Virus record (IMG/VR): IMGVR_UViG_3300025154_000006
Span: 1-64,000 of that record
DNA length: 64,000 nucleotides
DNA from: a virus
Strand: one strand, 5' to 3'
Shown here: one piece after another, positions 47,148-57,729 of the stretch
Position numbering within the stretch: the stretch's first letter is position 1
Layout: every line of letters starts with the position of its first letter
Translations under genes and position numbers: made by a program
Notes under the pieces: model-generated
The model's input: the letters and a program-made list of their open reading frames with translations, nothing else
The model's database searches: none
Told to the model about the DNA's origin: nothing

Positions 47148-47209
47148 TTCAAACTCCTATGAAAAACTGAATAATTGCAGGATTTGGAGGCCCACTAAAC
47201 AACTTTGGT

Positions 47210-47845
47210 TTAATTCTTTGCTTTTAGATATGCTTCAAATTTCTCGTTGTAGCCCTTTTGGTCGCCTTTCAACATGGCGGCATTGGCTTCTTTGAGAAGA
47301 CTTGTGGCAGTTACCTCGGCAGTAGCGTTTGCCGAACTGTCCAAAGCGCTTGCGCCAGCAACGGCTGTCTGTCTAATTTGAGCATTCGTTGTTGCCAGTT
47401 TCTCGCTGATGGCTTTCAGGGCAACTTCCAACTTATCTTCTGGGAGATCGGGCAGTAAGCCGTCTGCTTCCCATTGGGCAAGATTTGGATATTTACCCAT
47501 AACCAACTGATTGCGCGCTAACTTGCGAGTCGCGGCTTGCAGTTGTTCGTCAAGCGATGTCTTTGCCTCAAGAATTGCCTTTGATCCAGTTTCCAAAGCA
47601 GCAAACTGATCGGTCAAAGACTTAATCTGAGTCTGGGCGGTAAGAAGTTCACCTTTGGTTGCTTTGTGAGCAAGGGTTTCTTTCTCGTGTGTCTGTTGAA
47701 GCCCAGTGTAAACAGCTTTTGTGAAAAACTCACCGGAGTTTATTTTTCCCATTAGTTCTGTGTACAATGATTGGTAATCTGGACTGTTACCGGTTCCGCC
47801 CGTTGGGGTGGTTACGGCAACATTAAGATCATCGGTAGGCGGCAT
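47210..47845 (-). CDS. capsid scaffolding protein
   Basis: Coiled coil, between the portal and capsid genes. Confidence 0.7.
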   Translation of the reverse strand: MPPTDDLNVAVTTPTGGTGNSPDYQSLYTELMGKINSGEFFTKAVYTGLQQTHEKETLAHKATKGELLTAQTQIKSLTDQFAALETGSKAILEAKTSLDEQLQAATRKLARNQLVMGKYPNLAQWEADGLLPDLPEDKLEVALKAISEKLATTNAQIRQTAVAGASALDSSANATAEVTATSLLKEANAAMLKGDQKGYNEKFEAYLKAKN

Positions 47846-47846
47846 T

Positions 47847-49418
47847 TTATTTTTCTCCTGTCTTATCGCGGTTCTGCGCTTGAGGTTCTTCTACATCAGT
47901 CGCAGATTGGTCGGAGGTGGCCTTTGTCTTGGCGGCCATTAGGTCTTTCTCTCGTTCTGCCTCCGCGTCGGCTTCGGCGTTGATCTCTTTTAGCTCTTCT
48001 TCTACATTGTCAACGTCCTGGAACATATCTAGCAAGTGGCGCCGCGAACCTAAATGGTTCTTTGATCGGATAGCCACCTCGTTCACAAGCGCCTCTCTGT
48101 CAACCGGAAGCATTGGCGCCCATTTCACAATCAACTTTTCTTTCAGGTCTTCTTCGGTAATTCCATTGATGCCCTTTACCTGGCAAATCTTTAGGATGAT
48201 TTCTGCTAATGCGATCATTCCCACGGTCCAGTTGATACGCTCCAACTTAATGTGTGTAACCAACGGGAACATGCGAGTAGTAAGCGTCAGGGAGGACCTC
48301 TGTGACCCTTCGTCTTCACCATCTGCTACGGCGGGATGCCTTGCCTCTCGCCTGTAGATTGCTTCAAGTCGTTCTGTTATGGTCAACATGGGCGCAGACG
48401 TACTGTCGGTTCGCACTGCGAACAAATCCGGTTGCGTGTCGTTTGGCGATAGGCCAGCGGAAGCGCCAATGTCAATAGCAATGCGCCCATTTGGAAGTTC
48501 TACTTTCTTGATACCAGTTCGCACACCACGGACTGCCAACGTTCCGTGACTATCGTCTGAAACGGCATCGCCCAGATCGGCATATCGCAAATTCATCTCA
48601 AGGATAACGCCCTTGATGGTCTCTGTGATCATTGAATGACCCCAGAAACCAGAAGTACGAATATGTGGAATATAAACAAACGGGACAATACCAAATGGAT
48701 TAGCGCCCTCTAGCGGAACGCCATCCATGGTCAGCGTCTTTTCGTTCACAGAAATCTTGTAAGTGTCTTTTGTCCAATGCTCGATGTAGTAATACTTTAT
48801 GTTGGTATCTTGAGGATCTTCAACATAATAACCATAACTTTGAGCGTCTGATGCGTTTATCTCACGAACAAACCAGCACTCCCGTAAGCGCCACAGATTA
48901 GTACCATCTGGAATTCCATAAAATTCTGTTGGTTCTGGTGCAATCGCTTGTATTTTCTGTATTGGATCATTTGGCTTGAAAGTGACTCCCCACACACAAC
49001 CACCGAGATATTGAGAGAGAACGGCATTGCTTGAGAAAAGTGCGCCACCGCCACCGCTAATCAGTGCGTCCGTAATGGCATCTACGATAATACTACTTCT
49101 TTTGCTATCGGTTTTTCGCAGTGCGAACTTTATAGGAACGCCACTATCCCTAATGCTTTCGATGGTATTTCCAAGTAAAACAGTTGCGTGACGCTCGCAG
49201 GAGTTCGGAATCGGATTGATCTTTAGCGGATACTTATCAATGGTGGTCCCAGATGTCTTGTCTTGGATTGTTTCTTGTAGCGGAACACTACCGTACCAGT
49301 CGCTTAACTCTAAGTAAGCCTCCTGCATAGTATTCCATTGGGTATATGGAAACCTAGGAATGCTCTGTAAAGTAAAAGGAGAGGTGGCGATTAATGATCC
49401 AAATAAGGTTTTTAGCAT
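47847..49418 (-). CDS. portal protein (SPP1 gp6-like)
   Basis: NPFGIVPFVYIPH..G.S, W...LPVD; synteny; start position uncertain. Confidence 0.85.
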   Translation of the reverse strand: MLKTLFGSLIATSPFTLQSIPRFPYTQWNTMQEAYLELSDWYGSVPLQETIQDKTSGTTIDKYPLKINPIPNSCERHATVLLGNTIESIRDSGVPIKFALRKTDSKRSSIIVDAITDALISGGGGALFSSNAVLSQYLGGCVWGVTFKPNDPIQKIQAIAPEPTEFYGIPDGTNLWRLRECWFVREINASDAQSYGYYVEDPQDTNIKYYYIEHWTKDTYKISVNEKTLTMDGVPLEGANPFGIVPFVYIPHIRTSGFWGHSMITETIKGVILEMNLRYADLGDAVSDDSHGTLAVRGVRTGIKKVELPNGRIAIDIGASAGLSPNDTQPDLFAVRTDSTSAPMLTITERLEAIYRREARHPAVADGEDEGSQRSSLTLTTRMFPLVTHIKLERINWTVGMIALAEIILKICQVKGINGITEEDLKEKLIVKWAPMLPVDREALVNEVAIRSKNHLGSRRHLLDMFQDVDNVEEELKEINAEADAEAEREKDLMAAKTKATSDQSATDVEEPQAQNRDKTGEK

Positions 49419-49511
49419 ATTTTTAGACAAAAAAATAGCAGGCACAATGGCATATGTCTGCGTATCGTACGGGTATATTTCGTATATGTCTATGCGTACT
49501 TAAAAAGCATA

Positions 49512-49736
49512 CTACTCTTTTTGAATCTCGTCAAGTATCTTAGATGCAATAAGTGTCAATTTGTCTGCATTTGAAGCGTCTTCGTAACTAATTCCGGTAT
49601 ATTCCTCAAGATCAACGATGTGTCCGCATTGTTCGCATTCCCATTCGGTGATCTGGCACGTAGGGGCATAATACACATCGTCATCGTGAAAACCGCATTC
49701 CGGACAGGTTATTTCAAGAAAAAAACGCTCTCCCAT
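49512..49736 (-). CDS. small Zn-ribbon protein
   Basis: CPECG..CEQCG; RBS ggag. Confidence 0.6.
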   Translation of the reverse strand: MGERFFLEITCPECGFHDDDVYYAPTCQITEWECEQCGHIVDLEEYTGISYEDASNADKLTLIASKILDEIQKE

Positions 49737-49774
49737 ATTATCTCCCGTATCTTTTATCTCTTGTTGTAGAGCGA

Positions 49775-51388
49775 CTAGCGTGTGTTCTTGGCGCGGTTGG
49801 TGGAACGAGCAACGGATCCACGAGACGAGTAAGGTAAACGCTGAACGCTTCCTGTACTTTTTGCGGCATCCTCTTCTTCGAGCGATGGATATAACGCGCG
49901 AGAAACATAACAGCCCATAGCCAAAGTCGCAACAAGGTCTTGTGGAATTTTTGCAGATTTAGAGTTATCCAAGATTGGGTCATAAGATTTGAACTGGGAG
50001 CCTATTCCAGTGGCAGTTATGGGCCAGAACCATAAATTTGCAGAGATGGCAAGCCTGGCGCTTACTAGATAACTATACTTCCCAGAACCAGAGAAGTCAA
50101 GTCCATTGATGCGTTCTACGGAATAGTTATTTCCAGTGACATATTGAACATTGAATAGTTCCGCAGAATACTTCTGGGTAGACGTTGAGTCTACGCCCAC
50201 AAAGACAGGTTGATATATCTTCATAAACTCAAGTAGGTGGTTTACCCATGGCATAATTGAGCCGCCGCCATTGCCCCACCATAAAGCAGAAACAACATTA
50301 ACTTTTGGCGCATTGGTAACGTCATGTACCATGATTACTGGCGCGTTCCTGCTTGGCGCCGCGCCTGTTCCGGGATCGGTGGTAATAATATAGGTGTGCA
50401 TAGGGTCCCTGGGAAAACGATAATGCCAGTAGCCCATAGCAGGATGACTTTCTCCATGAAAACCCGGAACGCCCGCGGCAATTCCCTCTCGAAGTTGCGC
50501 TGCAAGACTTTCGCTTTCACAGGCTTCAACTACCGTTCTTGAGAAGTAACTACCACGTCCTTCTGGTCGCTTTCCGGTAAGATAAAAACCACGTTCTTCT
50601 TCTGGGATATTGCGTAGCTGTGTAGCAATTTGCTCGGGAGTGTTGTTTAGGTTCTGTTCCGAGTCTATTAGGAATACTGCCCAGTGTTCTGGGTCCGCCT
50701 TGGCGTTGTCAAATAAAGCCCAAAGCTGTGGATTGTCCAATGGATTCGAGATAATACTAAGCCTACCCATAAATGGGCGGCCAGATGCTGTAGCGCCAGT
50801 TCCGCGAGTGGTTAGGCGCATAATCAGCGTGGATAGGTCGTCAAAACGCCACGCCTCTTCAATATTGAACCAATCGCCACGCTGAGAGAATAGATTGCTT
50901 GCATCAGACAGCTCGCCCGCGGAATAGAAGTGCATTACAGAAGAAAACAGGATGTTTCCAACATAGAAATTGAAATTGATTTTAGGATGTGGACTAGACG
51001 GACTTCCCGATATAAGTTTCTCTAAACGGGTATTCTTGGCATATTTCAGGATTAGATCATACATAATCCTGGCTTGATCTAGGTCCTTGCCAATATTGTA
51101 GAACTCAAATTCCTGGGTAATGGTTGCGTGAAAGCAAGCACCAAGGCCCACGGCCAAGGTTTTGCCCGCGCTGATTCCGCAGATTGCCAGCACGCCCTCT
51201 TGCTTTGCCATAATAGCGTCAACTTGCCACTTTCCTTCTTCTGTGAAATTGTAATCAAACTGGAACGGCCTATCTTGTCCCTCTTTTTGTAACCAATATC
51301 TAGCCCACAGATTCGGATCACTCTCGCTGGCTTTCATAAGTTCTACTTCTGCCAATGAGAGTTTATATAGTTTCTCCAACTTTGCCAT
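49775..51388 (-). CDS. terL: terminase large subunit
   Basis: GISAGKT Walker A, NIEEAW Walker B, ISNP, TTDPG nuclease motif, QDLVATLA. Confidence 0.9.
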   Translation of the reverse strand: MAKLEKLYKLSLAEVELMKASESDPNLWARYWLQKEGQDRPFQFDYNFTEEGKWQVDAIMAKQEGVLAICGISAGKTLAVGLGACFHATITQEFEFYNIGKDLDQARIMYDLILKYAKNTRLEKLISGSPSSPHPKINFNFYVGNILFSSVMHFYSAGELSDASNLFSQRGDWFNIEEAWRFDDLSTLIMRLTTRGTGATASGRPFMGRLSIISNPLDNPQLWALFDNAKADPEHWAVFLIDSEQNLNNTPEQIATQLRNIPEEERGFYLTGKRPEGRGSYFSRTVVEACESESLAAQLREGIAAGVPGFHGESHPAMGYWHYRFPRDPMHTYIITTDPGTGAAPSRNAPVIMVHDVTNAPKVNVVSALWWGNGGGSIMPWVNHLLEFMKIYQPVFVGVDSTSTQKYSAELFNVQYVTGNNYSVERINGLDFSGSGKYSYLVSARLAISANLWFWPITATGIGSQFKSYDPILDNSKSAKIPQDLVATLAMGCYVSRALYPSLEEEDAAKSTGSVQRLPYSSRGSVARSTNRAKNTR

Positions 51389-51858
51389 TATTTATTTAAC
51401 TCCGCGGAAGTCCATACCATTTCGCGGATAGTATTTTCCAGAATTTCAATAAGTTGATCTGATATTTGAAAACGCTCTTTATTGATCCTCAAAGACTCAA
51501 AAATGTCTCCGTTTGCATGGCGTAAACTTGCGGCTTTCCAGTCTGCAAGCATTTCAATCAGGTCAAGCAAACTCATTCCGCTAATTCCATTAAACCAATG
51601 TTCGGGATGGTGAGAATTATTGTCGTAGTGATGTTGTAGTGCCGTTCCCATTTGTATTAAGAAACCACGATATTCATCACTTCCGTATGTTGACGCTTTT
51701 AACTTAGGAGTATATTCGTCATGCATACTCTTTTCTGGTTCTATTAATTTGCTCGCATCATGCGCCATTTGACGCAACATTAGATTTCCTCTAACTTCTT
51801 CGATTAATCCGCGAACGGTTTTTATGTGTGCCTTTATAGCATCTGTACTATCGTACAT
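51388..51858 (-). CDS. DUF5662-like HD-type protein
   Basis: HD.SK, HHY..N.HHPEH, EMLADW. Confidence 0.75.
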   Translation of the reverse strand: MYDSTDAIKAHIKTVRGLIEEVRGNLMLRQMAHDASKLIEPEKSMHDEYTPKLKASTYGSDEYRGFLIQMGTALQHHYDNNSHHPEHWFNGISGMSLLDLIEMLADWKAASLRHANGDIFESLRINKERFQISDQLIEILENTIREMVWTSAELNK

Positions 51859-51870
51859 TTTTGACCTATT

Positions 51871-52224
51871 TTATGACCGCGGACGGTTCATAGACCGCAT
51901 CATAGCAAGTTCTTGGTTCCAGTTGCGCTTGGCCCGTATTTCCATGATGTAATAGTCCATAAATGACTTTGGCAGAAAACTTGCCGGAGTATCTTCTGGA
52001 AGAGAACCAACAAGAGCAAGCGAAATGAGTTGATATTTCGGCAACGCCTCATCTTCATAGAACAACATTTTGAGTTTTGTTCCATTGGTAATACAACTAA
52101 GCGGCTGTATACCCTGGGCCTGGATACCAATTACGATTTCCAGATCATCAAGATCAATGACTTTTCGGCCCTCTTCCAGTTCTCGATATTTGGTTTGTAC
52201 ATGAAAATTATTGTCAAAGGTCAT
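51871..52224 (-). CDS. hypothetical protein
   Basis: ATGA coupling. Confidence 0.6.
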   Translation of the reverse strand: MTFDNNFHVQTKYRELEEGRKVIDLDDLEIVIGIQAQGIQPLSCITNGTKLKMLFYEDEALPKYQLISLALVGSLPEDTPASFLPKSFMDYYIMEIRAKRNWNQELAMMRSMNRPRS

Positions 52225-52913
52225 TCTTTTTCTCCGTGTTCGTTGATTTTTCCCAAGATGTGCGCCTTAGTCTCGGAGTATTTCTTCACCGGTTGCGGAC
52301 GCAGACGAAAATTAGACGATGGTTTGTATTCTTCTTCATCATCTTCGTCTATGATACTTTTAGAAACTGGTTTATAGGAAGAGGTTGGCGAAACTCGTTT
52401 TTCTGCCTCAATAATCGACCTGTACTCTTTCGCAGATAGAGACAGACCATCAAGTACCCAACCGAGAACTTCTTCAACAAATACAAGCAGGGCCATGCCA
52501 AGCCAGCCAATAAGGCGATAGATCGGAACGTTGGAAGACAAGTCTGCAACAACGTTCTTTTCAAACCACAAAATGTTAGTGGCGCCATCGACAATCGCGC
52601 AGATAACAAACATAGAAATGGAAATATTGTTAGTAGTAAGCCACTTAGGAAAACCGTCTTGTAAGATACGGTTTGATCCAAAGCGCTTACGAAGATACAG
52701 CGCGGCGTTCTGCCCATATTGGAACAATAAACCAAGCAGAATTGGCAAATAAATACCAATCCACAAAGTTGGATCGGCCCAGGCCGCAAACGCCTGGATG
52801 GTTTGCGTTAATGATGCATAACTAAGTCCAAGCAGCGCCACGAGTACGACCATAAGCGCCAGGACATTGATTAGTGCAAGATATTTATGTTTTGAGATAA
52901 CGTTTGATTCCAC
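52221..52913 (-). CDS. membrane protein
   Basis: About 4 TM segments, charged tail. Confidence 0.65.
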   Translation of the reverse strand: MESNVISKHKYLALINVLALMVVLVALLGLSYASLTQTIQAFAAWADPTLWIGIYLPILLGLLFQYGQNAALYLRKRFGSNRILQDGFPKWLTTNNISISMFVICAIVDGATNILWFEKNVVADLSSNVPIYRLIGWLGMALLVFVEEVLGWVLDGLSLSAKEYRSIIEAEKRVSPTSSYKPVSKSIIDEDDEEEYKPSSNFRLRPQPVKKYSETKAHILGKINEHGEKE

Positions 52914-52917
52914 TTTT

Positions 52918-53829
52918 CTATTCTCCTATTTTTTTCTTGAAATTTTGTATGCCACTGTTTTGTGAAAAACACACCCAACCACCATCTTTAATCTTGGCCC
53001 ACGAAAAACCGTCGATTTCTGGAATAATTTCTTCAAATTCGTATTGCGAACCATCAACGTGGGTATTGGCAATCATTCCAGAAGCCATGGACGGACCTTC
53101 TCTAACCGCTACCGAGCGTGTTGCGATATAAATATTCGCAATGGCATTCTCGGGTTGGGCTTTCTTTAGCGTTACCTCTTTGAGTACGGGCAGGTTCAGG
53201 TCGCGCAAGGAGAAGAATGACCAGAAAATGGTTTCCGGAACATATTCTTTATATTCGCCAAGCAAGTATGGCAGGTTGATCTTACTTTCGGTAGTAAGTG
53301 ATACGATTAGTGGTTTTGGGTTTTTCAATTCGGTCTTGAATAACGAGAATATTTCTTCCAGTGGCGTTTTTTCGTCATTGATAATTGGAACCGGGAACAA
53401 ATTGGGGGCAATTGCCAACAGTTCTTTGCATTTTTCTAGCCAGCAATAGTGCGAAGCCAATATGCCAACCCGAAGTTTCGGGTTCTTTTCCAGAAAAGCA
53501 CCAATTAATCGCTTTTCTGTCTCAAGACTATCCGGGAAGTTGGTATCGGGTTCAATGTAGATTTCATCAAAACTTCCAAGAGACAAAACATTATCAACCA
53601 GTTTTGTGATCACTTTCTGGTCATTCTTTATAATTGCTCTTGGAAGAAATGGAGATATGGTGGATAGACCAAAGTTCGCACCGTCCTCAATAAGTATTTC
53701 CATCTTTTCCGTTCCGCGTCCATGGAACGGAAAATACAGAAGACCATGCGAAATTCCGGTTTCGGTAATTAGTTTGTGATTTCCGTCCCCTGTTGAAAAT
53801 ATGTCTCTTAGAAGAATTGCTAGTTTCAT
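52918..53829 (-). CDS. protein with C-terminal SH3b-like domain
   Basis: VAVREGPS..W.KI..GGWV. Confidence 0.6.
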   Translation of the reverse strand: MKLAILLRDIFSTGDGNHKLITETGISHGLLYFPFHGRGTEKMEILIEDGANFGLSTISPFLPRAIIKNDQKVITKLVDNVLSLGSFDEIYIEPDTNFPDSLETEKRLIGAFLEKNPKLRVGILASHYCWLEKCKELLAIAPNLFPVPIINDEKTPLEEIFSLFKTELKNPKPLIVSLTTESKINLPYLLGEYKEYVPETIFWSFFSLRDLNLPVLKEVTLKKAQPENAIANIYIATRSVAVREGPSMASGMIANTHVDGSQYEFEEIIPEIDGFSWAKIKDGGWVCFSQNSGIQNFKKKIGE

Positions 53830-53853
53830 TTTTGTATACCTCTTATTTGCAGT

Positions 53854-54804
53854 TTACACCATATTTGCATTTACGTCTATGTATTGTTTTACAATCTTGA
53901 TAAAGTTGGTAGGAGAAAATGGGTCTCCAATCATTCGTTCTCGCCAGGAGGAAACGTCTTCTCTTGGCTTGCAGGCAGATTGCATTGTGTCCCAAAGATT
54001 GCCAACCGCAGAATCAAGTGGATATTCCATAATGTCCCTATACTTATCCCACGACTTTACGTAATCGAAATTATCTTGTGAGTTTCCAATCCTTGGCGGG
54101 ACATTCTCTGCCATCATTAGGGTTGGTTTTCCGCGGGCAATCGCAAGATAGGCATAAGTTTCTGTGCCAATTACCAAGTCCGCTGTATCTATTTCTTTAA
54201 AGGACTGATCTGGTAAACCAAGTACATACTTGACATTGGAAATCCTGTGTAGTCCACAACTGTCCAGTGAGCGAAGGTATCTAACCGTAATGTCAAAAGA
54301 GTGTGCTTTTTGTGCCTCCAAAAGACGATCCATTATTTTGTGATTAATCTCCTGGTTGACCGGAGCGTTCCAACCATTTGTATTTGCATGAATTGGAGCA
54401 AATGTTACTTTTCGTATTATTTTGGATACTGGCGCAAATTCTCTCTGGTCGCAGAACGACCAGCCAACAATGTGTACTGGTTTTGTAACTCCAATGCGAT
54501 CTAGTACTTGTTTATGTCCTATAGACGGAACGAAAATAGCAGTCGTTTTGGGATGTGGATGACATTCTCTAAAATCATACCAAAGCGGCGGCCTTGCCGT
54601 GTGCCCAAACAGAAAAATTAGACAACTCTCGGGCATTTTATTAATTCTGTCTATTCGCCATTTTGTTACGTCGCTATCAAAAAGGGCAACCGTTGGATTT
54701 TGGGTATAGTCGGCTGGTTTCCAGCCAGCATTTCGCATGGCCTGTTCGTATGCCTGGCCCTTCTCTTGATGATCGCGAATAAAGAAAGTTGTCTTATCTG
54801 TCAT
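53854..54804 (-). CDS. GT-B-like glycosyltransferase
   Basis: FAPIH; ADLVIGTET.AYLAIARGKPT. Confidence 0.6.
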   Translation of the reverse strand: MTDKTTFFIRDHQEKGQAYEQAMRNAGWKPADYTQNPTVALFDSDVTKWRIDRINKMPESCLIFLFGHTARPPLWYDFRECHPHPKTTAIFVPSIGHKQVLDRIGVTKPVHIVGWSFCDQREFAPVSKIIRKVTFAPIHANTNGWNAPVNQEINHKIMDRLLEAQKAHSFDITVRYLRSLDSCGLHRISNVKYVLGLPDQSFKEIDTADLVIGTETYAYLAIARGKPTLMMAENVPPRIGNSQDNFDYVKSWDKYRDIMEYPLDSAVGNLWDTMQSACKPREDVSSWRERMIGDPFSPTNFIKIVKQYIDVNANMV

Positions 54805-55435
54805 TGCGCTTCCGTAGCGTCCAGATGAATTCCCACTCCTGCTTCGGGCCGGTAATACTTTCTATGATTTCAAGCCCGGCGTTCTGGAATATCTTTTCCC
54901 AAGTAGGGCGAAATAGATGCCATTCATATTGGCGATTTCGCGAAGCAAGTTGCCGAAACCCCTCTTCGTGAATACTGTTTCTGTAACTTATGCAGTTGGG
55001 GGCCTCTATGTAAAGAATGCCATTTGGCGACATAAACCTGCCAATTGCGGCTAGACTTGCTTTATGATCTATGTCTTCCGGGTCCAGATGTTCGATTACA
55101 CCCAATAGAACAACTACATCAAAGGTATGTCCAAAGTCGGTATCTTCGATCAGACCACAACGAATATCTGCTTCCGGTACTTTCTTTTTGGCAAGTTCGC
55201 AGGCAACGGGAGAAAAGTCAAGTCCGGCATACCGCGCGGTTTTACCCCACCTATCTGCAAAGTAACGCAGTAAATGTCCGTTTCCGCACCCAAGATCCAG
55301 GATGTTCTCGATATTTTGGTGTGATCGCACGGCACTGAAACAAAATTCGTCTCGTTCGTCACCAGACCATTTTTCGGGGTCGGCAATATAATACTCGTTA
55401 TATTTCTTGATCAGAGCGCTATTTGAAATATCCAT
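54794..55435 (-). CDS. class I SAM-dependent methyltransferase
   Basis: ILDLGCGNG, GLDFS, FDVV..VIEHL, PNG.L. Confidence 0.9.
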   Translation of the reverse strand: MDISNSALIKKYNEYYIADPEKWSGDERDEFCFSAVRSHQNIENILDLGCGNGHLLRYFADRWGKTARYAGLDFSPVACELAKKKVPEADIRCGLIEDTDFGHTFDVVVLLGVIEHLDPEDIDHKASLAAIGRFMSPNGILYIEAPNCISYRNSIHEEGFRQLASRNRQYEWHLFRPTWEKIFQNAGLEIIESITGPKQEWEFIWTLRKRNDR

Positions 55436-55454
55436 GCAGTTTTATCCTTTGTTT

Positions 55455-55673
55455 TTAAAAGTCGGACAGTTTGCCAGTCATAATAATTTTTTCAACCGCG
55501 GCAATGGCGGCGGCTTCGTCTATCGCATTAACGGTATGCCCAAAGTTGTCAATAACAACCATGTTCCCATCTCCAAACATCCCTCCTTCCATAATCTGCG
55601 CAATCATGTTGCCATTCCTTGTGACAATCATATAATTCTCTGCCCCTTTTTTGTACCGGATCATATCTTCCAT
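55455..55673 (-). CDS. hypothetical protein
   Basis: RBS aaggag. Confidence 0.55.
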   Translation of the reverse strand: MEDMIRYKKGAENYMIVTRNGNMIAQIMEGGMFGDGNMVVIDNFGHTVNAIDEAAAIAAVEKIIMTGKLSDF

Positions 55674-55711
55674 ATTTTCTCCTTTTATTGTCTATTTTTC
55701 GCGGTGCGAAC

Positions 55712-56344
55712 TTATTCTACGTTTGTTATAGTACCACTTATAACAGTTGGGTCAAAGGGGTGGACATCGCCACCGCGAATTATTGCGGCCTTACTCGCCT
55801 CTCTTGCGTATACGCCCGTAGTAGATACCTGGGCAAGCGCCGCAATTAGCAAGGGATTGGCCTCTATTGGCGCATCTAGTTTGAAAGTTTGCCCGGTTGT
55901 AAGCATGGTAATAAAATGGTTTCCGCTAATTGTTTTCATAGTAAACGCCGGGAATGTTCGGGTATTCTCGTCCATGTGAATAAGGCAAGCCTCTAGTTGC
56001 GCCCTGGCCACTCGCGCTTGTCCAAGTCCAATTACTGTCTCTTTCGTAACCCATCCGCCGCCAAGCGCAATAACACATAAGGCGATCCCGATAGAATAAA
56101 CCACGAAATTAGCAACTTTCTTAATGGCAATGACCATGTGGTCGAATAAATCATTCCAACGGGCATCTTCGATTGCTTTCTGCTCTGCGGCTTTTTCATT
56201 CGCAGCGCGAACCTGTTCATCAAAAAGCGCCCGCTGATCGGTTTCTACAACTATTTGATAAGCTTTGGCCTCGTCCACGACTGCTTTGTTCCCACAGCCA
56301 ACTAGAAAAAGCGCAAATAAAACAAAAGAATATATTTTTTTCAT
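55712..56344 (-). CDS. lipoprotein with a TM segment
   Basis: MKK..FLVGC lipobox. Confidence 0.65.
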   Translation of the reverse strand: MKKIYSFVLFALFLVGCGNKAVVDEAKAYQIVVETDQRALFDEQVRAANEKAAEQKAIEDARWNDLFDHMVIAIKKVANFVVYSIGIALCVIALGGGWVTKETVIGLGQARVARAQLEACLIHMDENTRTFPAFTMKTISGNHFITMLTTGQTFKLDAPIEANPLLIAALAQVSTTGVYAREASKAAIIRGGDVHPFDPTVISGTITNVE

Positions 56345-56380
56345 TTTAGTTTCTTCTCTGCAATATACCATGTTTTGGGG

Positions 56381-57016
56381 TTATTTGACGATTTTGGCAT
56401 ACGTCATGCAGACTGAAACACTTGGAACAATTGTTTTCACTATGGCCAACAGTTCGTCTATATTGCCACCACCAAAAGCCTCGTGGAACTCGCCACGGAA
56501 TATCTCTATTCCCTTAAGTGGCTCTAGGTCTTTGAGGATCTCAAATTCTGCGCCTTCGCAATCCATAATCATTACTTTGGGCGGCTTGTCGAATTTACAC
56601 ATCTTTAGAGCATCTTTTAGTGTCTTTGATTTCACAATTGGACCAGCCTTGCTACCATAAATCCTATGCGCGCCCGAGTTCTTTGTCATGTGCATTCTAA
56701 TGTCTCTGCCATCTCCAGTAATGGCAAAGTTAAAAACCTTGATTAGATCGCCAAGTCTATTCGTTTTGATATTTGCCATTAGTCTACTGTAGTTGAGCGG
56801 TGACGGTTCAAAGACGAATACCCTGGCGCCGTACTTCTTTGCCAGAGTCATACTTACTTCGCCAGTATGTCCGCCGATTTCTATTACGGTATCGCCTGGT
56901 TGCAGATTCCACGTATCGGGCCGGTACTCGGTCTGGATTTCGTCCATGATAAAATTTTCCTCCCACGAAGAATCGCAGAAAACTAGTCCGAGCGGATTAT
57001 TCATAACATTTTGCAT
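56381..57016 (-). CDS. FkbM-family methyltransferase
   Basis: VIEIGGHTG, FEPSP.N, MDCEGAE, EFH. Confidence 0.9.
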   Translation of the reverse strand: MQNVMNNPLGLVFCDSSWEENFIMDEIQTEYRPDTWNLQPGDTVIEIGGHTGEVSMTLAKKYGARVFVFEPSPLNYSRLMANIKTNRLGDLIKVFNFAITGDGRDIRMHMTKNSGAHRIYGSKAGPIVKSKTLKDALKMCKFDKPPKVMIMDCEGAEFEILKDLEPLKGIEIFRGEFHEAFGGGNIDELLAIVKTIVPSVSVCMTYAKIVK

Positions 57017-57729
57017 TATTGTCCTCGTGCTTTCTTTTTACCCATTCGATGAAGTATTATAGTGCTACTACTTTCGTATTTTTGGTTCCAAATTGGGTCA
57101 AGTAGTTTTACTTTTACGTCTGGACAATGGCACATAGTTCGGTGCCACGCCATTTGCTCGTCCCAGTCGCCAAATACTTGCCATTCTTGATACCATGTCT
57201 CAAAGAACATCTGCGTATTTTCATTAGTGCGAAAGAAGATTACGCCGGTATTTATAAACGGCATTCTCTTGTCGCCAATCATTGCCTGCGTTATCTCTCG
57301 CTCCATGATACTATTTTTGCTAATGGGAGGCGACAAAAGCGGATCTGCGAATATCTCGTCAACATACCACGGATCGCCGTTTTGCCTAACGTGATACGAA
57401 ACACAAATATCGTGATCTTTCAGATAGTCAAATCCAGTTGTCAAGTCTTTCTTGACGGCTGTATCCGCATCAAGATACAGAGTTTTCTGAAATGGACTAA
57501 GATGGTAAAGAAACGGCTTTACTTTTCCGGCAAGAAACCCAAGTTCGCCGTCTTTGCGCCGCGGATTAAGTCCGTTCCATTCTATAAATGCGGTTCCGTT
57601 AACCTGTATATCGCCAACGGTGGCAATTGGAATGTTTATATTTAGTTTCTTTATAGAGGCGACGCTTTTGCCTGCCACCTCTTTTGCCTTTTCTCCAAAG
57701 GCCATATACAGAAAGCCCTTATCGTTCAT
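57016..57729 (-). CDS. GT-A glycosyltransferase (GT8 / nucleotide-diphospho-sugar transferase-like)
   Basis: SPF..TLYLDADT, NTGVIFF, DEQ, WN, H. Confidence 0.8.
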   Translation of the reverse strand: MNDKGFLYMAFGEKAKEVAGKSVASIKKLNINIPIATVGDIQVNGTAFIEWNGLNPRRKDGELGFLAGKVKPFLYHLSPFQKTLYLDADTAVKKDLTTGFDYLKDHDICVSYHVRQNGDPWYVDEIFADPLLSPPISKNSIMEREITQAMIGDKRMPFINTGVIFFRTNENTQMFFETWYQEWQVFGDWDEQMAWHRTMCHCPDVKVKLLDPIWNQKYESSSTIILHRMGKKKARGQ

